NCBI RefSeq assembly: GCF_964204865.1
Contig: NC_135260.1
Span: 8,184,001-8,248,000 of the forward strand
Direction of reading: 5' to 3'
Length of the DNA stretch: 64,000 nt
From: Styela clava
Taxonomy: Eukaryota
The translations under genes were made by a program, and so were the position numbers. The notes beneath the pieces are model-generated. The model searched no databases. It saw only the letters and a program-made list of their open reading frames with translations, and was not told the origin of the DNA. Shown piece after piece: positions 50,945-64,000 of this stretch (the first letter of the stretch is position 1; the number at the start of each line of letters is the position of its first letter).

Positions 50945-53900
50945 ATGGCGACATCTTTAGGAGCTAACCGATATAATCGTCAAAACTGGGAAGAATCGGT
51001 GAGTTGTCAAAATCATTCTGTCAAGTTTATGACTTGATATTCATAGCACCCATACCTGCAAACAATTGAATAAGCTTAATACGGAATAAATATAGAATTA
51101 GGAATAAAGCTATAAATACATGAAATAGCTTGGAAAGGTTGAGAAATATACAATTGGACAACCAGAATCAGAACAAAATTATTTTTAATTTTTGCCTGAC
51201 CTCAAATCGCAGAATCATTTATTTTTGTTTGACTTCTGACATGTATGAACCGAATGATAATAATAAGTATAATTATACAAGTTGATACAGAAATGTCCTA
51301 ATAAATTGTAGTGTGATGAATATTGAAACTGAAATTTAAATCTTCACTTTCTGACTTTAGGATTTCCCGATTCTATGCCAGACATGCCTTGGAGACAATC
51401 CATACATCAGAATGGTAAGTTTTTGTGTTGCCATCGACAGAATTGCTTGTTGTAGTCGTATGTACCGTATTTATTCAATTATAACGCGCACTCGTGTATA
51501 CTGGTATAACGCGCACCTTTAAATTTTGAATGAAAATTGGTATAAAATTCTTTTTTTTATTTTTTCTCTACTAACTACTGGTAAGCACATAAGGTAACAA
51601 CTCACAGCATGAACAAAAATTTATTAAAAGCACACAGTAATTCAAAACTCTTCAAAATCGGATTCAGTCTCTGACTTTTGTGCAATTTTTGTTTTCTGGC
51701 GTAGTGCAAGTCCATACCTTCTCATAAACTTTTGTGCCCAACCATTAGATGCTTTAAAGGTTGAATCTTTGCAAATCTTTTGTGCACGGAGTCTAATATG
51801 GAGCGAAGTGACGATGTACCCACTAGATCTTTGATCAACTATCCAATCATAAAGCTCCTTCTCCAACTCTGGGTACCGGGCTTGTCTCCCTCGCCGCGCT
51901 TTCTTTGTTTTGTTCATATCTTTTGAACAACTTTCTGCTTTCTCCAATCTCTGACATTTGTCTCTGGTACATTGAATTCTCTAGAAGCTTTTCTATTTCC
52001 ATGAGTTTCCGCATAATCAACAACCTCCAGTTTGAATGCAGCCCTATATGCAGAACGTTTTTGTCTTGCCATAATAGATAATGGGTAATATATAATGGGT
52101 ATCTACAGTACAGTACGATAATGGCAAATAAATATTCTCAACGCAGCGGGAATGTCAAACACATGCTGAGCTGTCGCATGTGCGTGTGCTTGCACGAAAT
52201 CGAACGCTTGCACGAATGTCAAACGCACGCTGAGCTGTCGCATGTGCGTGTGCTTGCACGAAATCGTCCTGCATTGGAATGTGCATGCGCGAGCGCACGC
52301 ACGTTTCAGATGTTTAAAACCACATTTTCAATACCGCATTTCTCAGACCTCGTGTATAACGCGCAGCATTGATTTTTGCCTAAAATTCAGTTCAAAATTT
52401 TGCGCGTTATAATCGAATAAATACGGTATGTAGCTTATTGTCATGATTCAGTGATTATTTCAATTTTTTTAAATTGAAACATTTCACTTCACTGATTAAA
52501 ATCCTATAAACAACTAAGTGTAACTGTGTTGCTATCTAATCTACCTCTAGTGACTTTAATAGCTGAAAAATATTCTGATAAGATTTAAGACAAACCAAAT
52601 TTTTCGATGAAAAAATCTGCAATTATCGGTTAAAAAATCTTAAATTATTACAGCAGTTAACGGATAAAAAATGCTAGTGTCCACAATTTGGACATCCCTG
52701 CTATAGATGAATTCAATACAAATATACTTTTCCATACTTTATATACTAATGAGAAGAAATCAACTGTTTTTGTTTTTCATAGACTAAGGAAAAATTTGGC
52801 AAAGAATGTAAAATTTGTGATCGACCGTTCACAATATTCCGATGGTGTCCGGGTGCCAGGATGAGATTTAAGAAAACTGAAGTCTGTCAAACTTGTTCAA
52901 AACTCAAAAATATCTGCCAAACTTGCCTACTGGATCTCGAATATGGTAAGGATTACGATAAACAAAATTTGTCTAGTTGTATATCTATAAGTTAGTATTA
53001 GTACTCTTGAATAAACACTTAAATTTATAAGCCTTATTTTAAATGCATACCGGTAATTATTTCCAACAAGGTAAAGAGATGTTTTTATGCTCGGGCCATG
53101 TGATGAAAGAAATGCACTGCATTCCATTAAAACAAATAACCTCCGATATTTTTGCAAAATCTTAGACACATAGCGCGTGTGAAATTTTCGAGGATGTGTA
53201 AGCCTATTCAACTAACTACTAATATATTTCATGAATGAAATACGGTTCAAGTAAACAAACGAGAAATGAGATTTTTGGGATGTAGCAGCCATGTTGAAAA
53301 ATTGGCTACGGCATACTTATGTCAAATTCAATTTCAAAATTGGGACATGCTCTGCTTTTCAGGCAAATGTTTACATTAATTTTCAGGTTTGCCCGTTCAA
53401 GTTCGAGACCATGCACTGGGACTGATTGACGATCTTCCCAAATCAGACGTAAACAAAGAATTTTATACTCAAAATATGGAAAGAGAGGTAAATATTATTT
53501 CAAGTTTGGTTATAAAATATTTATACACTATTTTCTCAAAATGAGCTTCAGAAATAAATGTTCAAATTTAAACAGTTGAAAAATGCTTGTCTGAAGAAGT
53601 TCGACCTCGTATAAATGAAACGTTACAGACATACATTTATGCTAGTGTGCAGCAAGACTCTTGAATTAAATTAAATATTTAAACTGCGAAAAAACACAGT
53701 ATGACTCTCACATTGCGTCAAATAAAATAGTAATGATTTCAATTTATATTCAACAGTAATCATGTAACTACCCTGAAAAAGGTATATTCTAAGTGGTTCC
53801 CAACTAGGATTTTGATCTCGGGAAGGAATTACAGAATATAATTTTGTATTATTATTTAGTTAATACTAGCCTAGCCTATTATTGTAATGCATATTTATCC

Positions 53901-56900
53901 TCACATTATAAACTATTCAAATTTGCAAAAGCAATCGCGCTCCAGAAGTGTTTGTATGAATATGAAGGTAACTTATTTTGTTTGCCTACTTTACATCAAG
54001 TTGTGTAAAAGGACTGAAACCTATGGGCAGGGGTATATTCACTTGGCTAACACTGACAGTCCCCGAACTCGTAATAGAACTAAAATAAAGAAAAAAACGA
54101 ATAAAAGTATGTCCTAACCCTAACCTGGTACACACACTACGGGAGTACCAAAGCCAGTGTGCGAGTTGCAAATAACATTAGCTCACGATCCCTTGAAAAT
54201 TGAACAAATAACAGAACAGAATGTTTCTAACATTTTCAACATATTCACAGATTGCTAATACAGATGGAACAGTAGCTGTGGGCTCTGTTGGGAGAAGTCA
54301 AGCTGCCAATGATTTGCTAATGAGAATGGCAAGAACCACACCTTATTACAAAAGAAATCAAGCTCATATTTGTTCTTTTTGGGTAAAAGGGGAATGCAAA
54401 AGAGGAGAGGAATGTCCTTATAGGTATGAAACATTGCGACTTTGTCTTATTGATCTAGCATTCTATTAAAGGAATGTTGATGTAAAAATAGAATTCCCTC
54501 CGAGACCAGGCAACATCATTTAGTCTTGAATATTCTATTATAGACTCATACTGTCTAAAATGAGTTTTTTATTAATCTATTATACTTATTATTATTTACC
54601 TGTAATCATCTACAACAGGCATGAATCACCCACTGATCCAGAAGATCCTCTTTCAGACCAAAACATTAAGGATCGTTATTATGGAATTAATGATCCAGTT
54701 GCAGATAAAATGATGAAAAGGGCTCAAAATTCTGCTGATATAAATCTGGTAGCCCCAGAAGATAAAACCATAACTACTTTATATGTAGGTGGTCTCACAG
54801 AGGAAATAGAAGAACAAGATTTAAGGTAGTGTGTAGCTCATTGAAATACTTAAATAGTTTTGAAATTGAATGGATTCCAAATAGAAATAGGCAAAGGAAT
54901 CTATATAATAATTTAATGACTTCAAAAATATTTGTCTGATAGTTATATAAAACAACCATAGTACCATAGGCTAGTGATAACTTGACTTGAGATAATGGTC
55001 ATTGTAATCAGTCATATAAATTAATCTTATTTTTATAAATATAATATTGTTTATCTTTAATGAGCTGAGATATTTAAAGGTTTATGGTCTGGTTTATTAA
55101 CAATCTAATTAATGCACTGTCCTTTATTTTAAACTAGTCCTCCCTTATTAAAAATACCCAAGTAATCTATTAAAAATATCAATTTAATAAACTTTATATG
55201 ATTGATGGTTTTTTTTTATTTTTCATTCGGAATTGGGTATTGAATTGACCATCTCTATCATTAAGTGTACCAGTAAATTATTCAAACAGTATCAAATGAC
55301 ATTTCCATATGTACAACCCATGAAGTTTTTCTTTGGTCGAGGTGCATTCGTCCAACATTTCAATGTGGTATTAATTTAAGAAAGGTCTTTTTGAAGTCAC
55401 ATTCTTCAAGGTTAAAAAATTCCTGTTTAGGGTGCCACACTCGAATGTTGAAATTGGAAGAGCTATCATTTGTTGCTTTCTAGACTAACCTCGATTTTTT
55501 TTATCTATAGAGATCATTTTTATCAATTTGGAGAGATAAGATCGATACACATTGCATCAAAACAGAGTTGTGCCTTTGTTCAGTTCACAAAAAGATCAGA
55601 TGCTACATCAGCTGCTGAAAAAAGTGTTGGAAAACTTATTATCAAAGGAAAAAGGTACATATCATTCTCATATTACAATATTTATTATATATTTATACTC
55701 ATTCAAGTCATTGATGAAATTTTCTATTTCAAAAGCCATTTATCTATAATATAATTCCTGGTTAAACAGTGTACCAAGGAGTATTCAGTCAGTTGCAATT
55801 GTATGTGAAGACAATTATATCCAGGAAATGTGATGCAGTCCTCCAGTCCCAAATGTGTAGATAAACCAAATATAACATGTACTTGTGGGACCAACTTGGA
55901 ATCTATGGCTGTTGTATTGTCTCAATGTCAAATAATCTTGTCCTTCAGATTAAACATTCGTTGGGGAAGATCACAAGGATCTGGTAGATCAGATTCTGAT
56001 AGTAAGCGTGGTAGTGAGGACAAAGAAAAACCGGTTGCTCGTGTTCCTGGATTACCTGGAGGTAAAATACGGGTTCCTATTCGAATGGAAATGAAATGTT
56101 TCAACATTTCAGATTCTTGATTTTAAGAATTATTTAGACTAAATTCAATTGAAATATCATTTTGAACTATGGAAGTCTCACACTAGTACTAAAGAATATG
56201 ACTTCTACTTGTCCTTATTAAACACAACTCGATTAAAAAGCGATCAATATTCAATATATTGAAAAATATGACCGGTATATGGTATCTCCGAACACATACA
56301 TAGTAATAATCATAATTATAAGTTTTTCAATTTTGGTCATGTGTGGTTGAAAATAATTTCCGATTAGATATAATTTTTCTTGCTATTACTTCGTCTAAAA
56401 GTTCATTTAGTTTTTGAAATAGAATTGGTGCCCTATCATAGTTTTAAAACAACATCCAAAGACGGTCAATTCTGGGGGAATCTTAAATAAATCACTGACT
56501 GTAGGCCATTCATACACAAATATTTACATCTGCCATTTTTCATTAAATAAAAATCTTTATTCACAGCTTTGCCAATGCCTGAAGATGTTTTGAAAGGAGA
56601 TGGTGAACGACGGGGCAAGAAACGTCCTCACAATTTTAACGAACCTCCCCCACCAGGAACTTTTGGTCCACCTGGAATGATGCCACCGCCACCTTTCATG
56701 GCTCAAGGTCCCCCACCTTTGATGGGAATGCCTCCACCACTTATGGCACCACCTCTCATGCGACCAGGTTAGTACCTGAGTACTTTCTATTATTAACCAT
56801 ATTCTTGACCTGGCTGTGGAGTCTGGATTTGTCATTTTTCACTAATATCAGGGTTGTATTGTCTGATTTTGAATCAATTTGAGTCTGATTTTGGACTCCT

Positions 56901-57385
56901 AACGGTGGTAATGGAATTTATGAAAGCCCAAATTTGCGACAGAAAGAAAAATATTGTCCAAGGATTACCATAAAAAATGCCTGTTTACACATACAGAGTT
57001 CGGAATCTAAGTCTTAATAAGTTAAATTTTTATCTCTTCGAAAATAACCCAGATTTGGAGTCTGATATGAATTCTTCCAAACTTTTCCCAATTATTACTG
57101 TATTGCCTTGCGAGTAGTTTGAAATGGCAGCTTGTGTGATTTTAAACAATGATCGTCAGAACCAAACCAAAGTTTGATTTATTGTAGGTGCCCATACCCT
57201 CAACACCATACTTAATCAGGTAATAATGCACGTTTTCTGGTAAATTGTTTATGTAAATGTAATGATCTTATACCAATTTTCTAGGACCTGGTCCAGGATT
57301 TATGGGACCTCCAAACGTGAACCAACAAAGACCACAGGCATATTATCCATCGCAAAATCCTCAAAGACTGGGCAAAAATCCATGA
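50945..57385 (+). CDS. RBM22: Pre-mRNA splicing factor RBM22 (Cwc2/Slt11 family), 10 exons
   Basis: [48 protein letters not shown]..; CCCH finger [21 protein letters not shown]; [27 protein letters not shown]; Pro-rich tail ending [14 protein letters not shown]. Confidence 0.97.
51465..52426 (-). mobile_element. pogo/Tigger-family (Tc1-mariner) element, internally deleted, in RBM22 intron 2
   Basis: TIRs ccgtatttattc(a/g)attataacgcgca with TA TSD. Minus-strand transposase remnant from ~52072: Brinker-type [21 protein letters not shown].., then a frameshift, then [37 protein letters not shown]. No DDE domain. Confidence 0.92.
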
Positions 57386-58913
57386 AGATTTCACAACAAA
57401 CCAATAAAAGATGACCAAAGGAATTATGGAGTACCGAAGTCTATGACCCCATTGCCATACATCTATTGTGGAGAACTGGTGAATTGTGATAAGCTCGGCA
57501 TGACATTTTTTTCTGCTGTTTTATGAATGCTAAATCGACCACATAATAGAAACTTTGTATATAAATTTGTATTTTGTCTTGATTGAATCATGGTTAGCTA
57601 GTATGTACAGATGCAGTGAATTCAAGAGGCACTGATGATTGCTGAATATTGCCACTAGATCTGACATACCAATTACCATTAGTGAAGATAGAGTGTCATG
57701 GGTTAGGCGAGGCAGATTTGACCAATGAATGATATATAGATGAGCTTTGGCCAGTTCCGGAATATGTTTTTCTGCAACATGTGGGCGTGGCCATATAAAC
57801 TCAAGAAGTTTTTTAAAAATGCCTTTGTGTTGCAGTGACTGATTTTTGTGGCCTTAGTTGTTAATTTAAAACCCGAATTAACAGCCTCCTATTATCTTGA
57901 TTTCATGTATGCATTACATTCTCAAGCAAAATATCAAGCCAGTAAGGTTCTCAAATCTTTGTTCAGGAAACTGCAAATATCTGCATGTTACTCATTATGT
58001 GCAGCCGAGATTGTGTTACAAATAACCTCTGACTTATGCAGTCCTCCTTTGCGATTTCAGAAATTTGTACAAACAAAAATAGTTGTGTATTTAATAAACT
58101 TTGAATAGGAAATGGGATGTAAGAACATTGAAGTTACCAGATTCACAGTGGGATATAATATAGTAATACAGTCTGTATTGCATAAATATTTGGTGTAATC
58201 CATTATAAAAAAATTACATTTTTCTGTGTAGTTACAGTGAATGATGAGGAAAGCTATGCACAGGAATTGAAAACTAATAACTTGTTCTAAGTCTGTCTGC
58301 ATATGGTTCAAACCAAAGGAGAATAAACAATTGGAACTTTTCTCTAAAAATGGGTTAATTGGTGTAAATATCACACTGCACAATTACCACAATATCTGAA
58401 TTTGAAAATATAGAACTATATTTTCCCATTTATCCTGGACAGGAATGCAAATAGAACGATTCGCCTCTAGTCCAGTCAGGTATAAGAATAGTTGAACTAA
58501 CAGTGTATTGGGTGTATAATGCCTTAACAATGCATAAGTCTTTGTGCATGTTATGTGAAATCATCAACGAGTTTGTTTTTTAATAATAACTTCCTGAACG
58601 ATTAAAAAAATACTTATGGCTAAGAGAAGCATAGGAAAAATGGTATAAAACTCTCATAGCATGATGAAGAAAATTTTATGGCTACCGATATATCAAAAAA
58701 TAATTTCTAGAAAAAGGTAAGAAAAATTTCTGGCCTAAAAAATTAAAAATCATATTTCAATTAGAGGGAAATTATAACAATGTAGGTACGGTAATTTAAA
58801 ATAGTCACAGTCGATTGTCGGCGTTACATAATATGAGTAAGCCATTTTTTAAGAGATGGAAAAGTAGGACTGATTTGTCTCCGATTTTCAATTGTCATTA
58901 ATCTTAATTATAT

Positions 58914-60392
58914 TCATGATGCAAGTCTTCTTCCCCTGTGTCTTGCAGCTTCAATTCTCAGAAGTTCAAGTCTTTGCCAGGCAGGAAACAGATGCCTTGT
59001 AAAGAAAATACGCAATTTCAAAGACCATACATTAAATTGCTTCTCTTTTTCTTCCATTTCTTTAGTGATAACTTCAGGCGAACTACCTTTACTTTTTGGA
59101 CTCGCCATTGCCATTTCTTCTCCATCCTCATCCATGTCATCAAACATAGATGAAAGATCTATACTCGAGGATGAAGAGGTTCGTCGAATACTTGGTCGTC
59201 CAGTGGGATCCTCAATTCCAAGTTCTTCCAGCTTGGACATTGTTGTGTCCATCTTTTCTTCCATGTCATTTTCTTTTACTGATTCTGCATCTGATTTAAT
59301 TGTTGCTAATTCTGAATTCATATCATCTTCATCTATACTGGTGATTGTAGCTGGTTGTGACGATACTGTTTTAGAACTTCTAGCGCTCGTGTGCCTCGCA
59401 TAAGCAGATCCTGGTCGAGAATGTCCCAATGAACTCTTTGCACTGCTAGGCCCGCTGTTAAACTTTCGACGAACCTTTGGAGCTTGAAAAGGAGCAGGTT
59501 GTTTCATCATTTCTTCATCTACAAATAAAACTGCACTTGCTAATAGGGCTTCAAAATATTCAAGAAATGTCATTTCTATTTCAAGGTTATAGACACCACC
59601 TTGCACTACGCTTGGATTGTCTGATGCGAGAATTTTTAAGAATGCATCTGCTGAAAGACGTGGGCCAATTATTTGGAAGTCTTTCAATGCCAATAAAAGT
59701 TTTCTCATTCTGAGAGTTGGCTCACGTGTCTGTTGTTCGCACAGTGATCTATAAATTTTCCAACTTCCTTCCATATATGCTAATGCATTAATTGTCCTAC
59801 GTGGGTCGAATAGAAAACCACCCTTCACTCGACCGGAATATTTCATGATATGTTCAGACATGAGCATTTGTAAGCATTGAGGCAAGATATATGACTGGGA
59901 TCTAAATGAACCACTAGAAGGTCCAGAAGATTTTGATTTATCTTTTTTTGTTTTACTATTCGTTGGGCGGTTAGTATTATTTCTGATTTTATCTCGAAAC
60001 ATAGCAAAACTTAGAATAGTAATAGCACTTAAAAAGTCTGATAATGAAAGTCTCTCAGTTGGTTGGTGGACAGAACCCTTTTCAAGGCAAGCTGCGATTA
60101 TCCTGTCCATTTCTGGTAAGGATAATCCATAATGATGTATGTGACTGTCTTTAACAAATCGCCAAAACTGAAGACGTGTCATTTCTGATTTTGTGCTCTG
60201 CACTCGATTATGTCCAAGTGTGCAGTAAAAGTGATAAACTTGACGTAAGTTAGATATATTTCTGAGGATGAGAAACGTTACTTGAGTCTGTTCGTCTTTT
60301 CTTTGTGACAGAGGAAAATTTTGAAGCAGCGCATTAAGTTTTAGTGTCAAATTTGGTGCAAGTACGTTGCCACTACCATCACGACCCATCAT
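58914..60392 (-). CDS. RSPH10B-like paralog lacking MORN repeats; one large coding exon (acceptor at ~60446), 5' end uncertain
   Basis: 492-aa ORF; LTLKLNALLQNFP..QVTFLILRNISNLRQVYHFYCTLGH..MTRLQFWRFVKDS aligns by eye with the post-MORN segment of the adjacent gene ([51 protein letters not shown]); also carries EMTFLEYFEALL. Confidence 0.85.
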   Translation of the reverse strand: MMGRDGSGNVLAPNLTLKLNALLQNFPLSQRKDEQTQVTFLILRNISNLRQVYHFYCTLGHNRVQSTKSEMTRLQFWRFVKDSHIHHYGLSLPEMDRIIAACLEKGSVHQPTERLSLSDFLSAITILSFAMFRDKIRNNTNRPTNSKTKKDKSKSSGPSSGSFRSQSYILPQCLQMLMSEHIMKYSGRVKGGFLFDPRRTINALAYMEGSWKIYRSLCEQQTREPTLRMRKLLLALKDFQIIGPRLSADAFLKILASDNPSVVQGGVYNLEIEMTFLEYFEALLASAVLFVDEEMMKQPAPFQAPKVRRKFNSGPSSAKSSLGHSRPGSAYARHTSARSSKTVSSQPATITSIDEDDMNSELATIKSDAESVKENDMEEKMDTTMSKLEELGIEDPTGRPSIRRTSSSSSIDLSSMFDDMDEDGEEMAMASPKSKGSSPEVITKEMEEKEKQFNVWSLKLRIFFTRHLFPAWQRLELLRIEAARHRGRRLAS

Positions 60393-61235
60393 TGTGAAAT
60401 ACTGATCGCATTCTTTAGAACAAGTTCTTACAGAACCACGAAGCCTCTAGCAATAATGGAGCAAATGGCATCAATATTGTAGATACATAACTATATCCAT
60501 ATATTGATCAGGCTATTCCAATGTTGAGGAATATATCCTATGTTATTATAGACATTCAAATCACCATCATTTCATTCGTTTTTGAAGGATATTTTCAATC
60601 TTTAATGAGCATGTATCACTATCATTTACAACAAATTCACTGAAAATAAGCATTGGTTCATTACTCATCACTATTAATAATAAACCAAACAAGCAAAACA
60701 ACGAATAGGCTTCGAGCATGAATAAAACTAAATGTTACCCATGCTGTCATTTCATGTTATGCTGCTTAATTTATCTGACTTCAATAATTTGAAATCAGAC
60801 GTTACACTACCACAGTACTAATATATATTATAGAGCATCAATTATGAGAAATAGAATATCTACTAGCAAAAACTTCGAACTTCTAGAATTCTATTATAAA
60901 CCTCTAGAATTCTTTGTCTTCTCGTTGCGTCGTCACTGATTTCACCAGTGAAACAAATAGAGAAATAGACAAAAGCCACCAGCATGAAACAAAACACCTT
61001 ACACATCAACGTCAATAAAAGCTGACAAATACCGACGTTTATCTGGTGCAACAGCCTATATAGTGTCAGTCATTAACGATACTATATGATGATTGCTTAT
61101 TCTTATATATAATCAGAATATTTCTTGTCTGAGATCGCAAATACTGTAATATTATACCAATGTTCATATGAAATAAATTAACTTTACTAGCTTTTACTGG
61201 GGAATCCCCAGCGTGATAATCAATCATGCGTCACC

Positions 61236-61249
61236 GTTGCTATGGATAC
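61236..61249. promoter_or_regulatory. RFX X-box in the divergent promoter between the two RSPH10B-family genes
   Basis: GTTGCTATGGATAC fits the X-box consensus typical of ciliary gene promoters. Confidence 0.7.
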
Positions 61250-62169
61250 GCTCACGCTTTCGTTTGGTTGGCAAACGCTGAGGCTTCTTTCCTATTTACA
61301 CCCTACATTTCTCGACCCTGTACAGAGATTGTGACAGTAAGGCAATCGAGGGCTCCGTGTTATTAGATACAAAACAAAAGCCAGGTAGATGATATGAAAG
61401 AATTGTATGTTTGACTTGCTTCAGAAGACAATAAGACGGCCATATTAATATGGCCAATCCCTTTGTGATTTTGATGTTTTCGATATCAAATTTCGCTTGC
61501 TTGCGTGGAAAAGAAGGTACGAGCTTTCAGTAAATGCGCGAGATTTTATTGTTTGTTGAAACTCAAAACATGTTTGTTAATGAGAGTTTAACATTCTTGA
61601 AGGCAGACGTGAGTTATTGTTGACCTGATTTCCTGTTGTTTTGCCACCTGTTAGATTACTTGGTACGTTTTTGCATTTGCGCAAACTCGATGAAGGCGAG
61701 AATGTTATTTTGTTGAAAACGGATAGATGTATCTGTAGTACAAGTTTTATATGTCTTTGGGAAAAAATATTTAAAAATAGAAGATAGTCTTCATCAGAGA
61801 GCTAATGAATAAAATTGGTAGAAAATGAAGAAGATTGTTTTACAAAAATATAATCCATACTACTTAAGTTAAAGACATTTCATTTATTTTTATATTAACT
61901 TTTAACTTAAAGTCTTGTCTTGTATATTGAATATATAATGATCTATGTATGAATAATATTATGGTAAGAAAATTAGAATGGGTAACTTGGATCTGCAGTG
62001 AAAAGATGCATTATAAGGGTGAAGATTTATGGCATTTCAGTGATTTTTTTTTAATACAAATAGAAGTTTTTATTTTTATTGCAACCAAAATACCAAGTGT
62101 TACAAATTTTTGCAATGCATTCAAAACATTTTGATTTATTGTCAGTTAGGATACATTTTGTTAAACAAT

Positions 62170-63919
<1,750 letters not shown>

Positions 63920-64000
63920 TGAAGGTCTATCATCAAATAGGTTACAAAACATTTTAGTTGTTTTTTAATATACTAGTAACTAATAGAAAAAATTAGAACT

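Noticed and set aside
52150-52266. Direct repeat pair resembling a repeat-spacer unit
   Set aside because: Only two copies, inside a pogo element, in eukaryotic DNA with no cas genes; not CRISPR.
59065-59403. Ser-rich plus-strand ORF and other antisense ORFs over real exons
   Set aside because: These are antisense shadows of the coding strand.

Overview
AT-rich eukaryotic (animal) genomic DNA with GT-AG introns. The gene content and repeat style suggest a marine invertebrate chordate such as an ascidian; this is inference only. Gene models assembled by hand from splice sites and reading frame: two paralogous IAP genes (BIR-BIR-UBA-like-RING; 9999-12683 and 28413-37407); a minus-strand secreted lipocalin interrupted by a 137-codon Gly/Tyr-rich exon (18083-20985); a TPMT-family methyltransferase (23054-25284); a CBM21/PPP1R3-like ORF nested in an IAP intron (30585-31127); two near-identical cytosolic sulfotransferases from a recent tandem duplication with readable breakpoints (39315-42075, 46016-48578); RBM22 (50945-57385); and a head-to-head pair of RSPH10B (62170 to window end) and a MORN-less, single-exon RSPH10B-like paralog (58914-60392) sharing an RFX X-box. 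Non-autonomous transposons are abundant (several hAT elements with 8-bp TSDs, one nested pair; a pogo remnant; a Mutator-like MITE; a LINE/SINE tail). The first 9 kb is a degenerate duplicated module array with kB-like motifs. All exon boundaries were read by eye and are not confirmed by transcript data.
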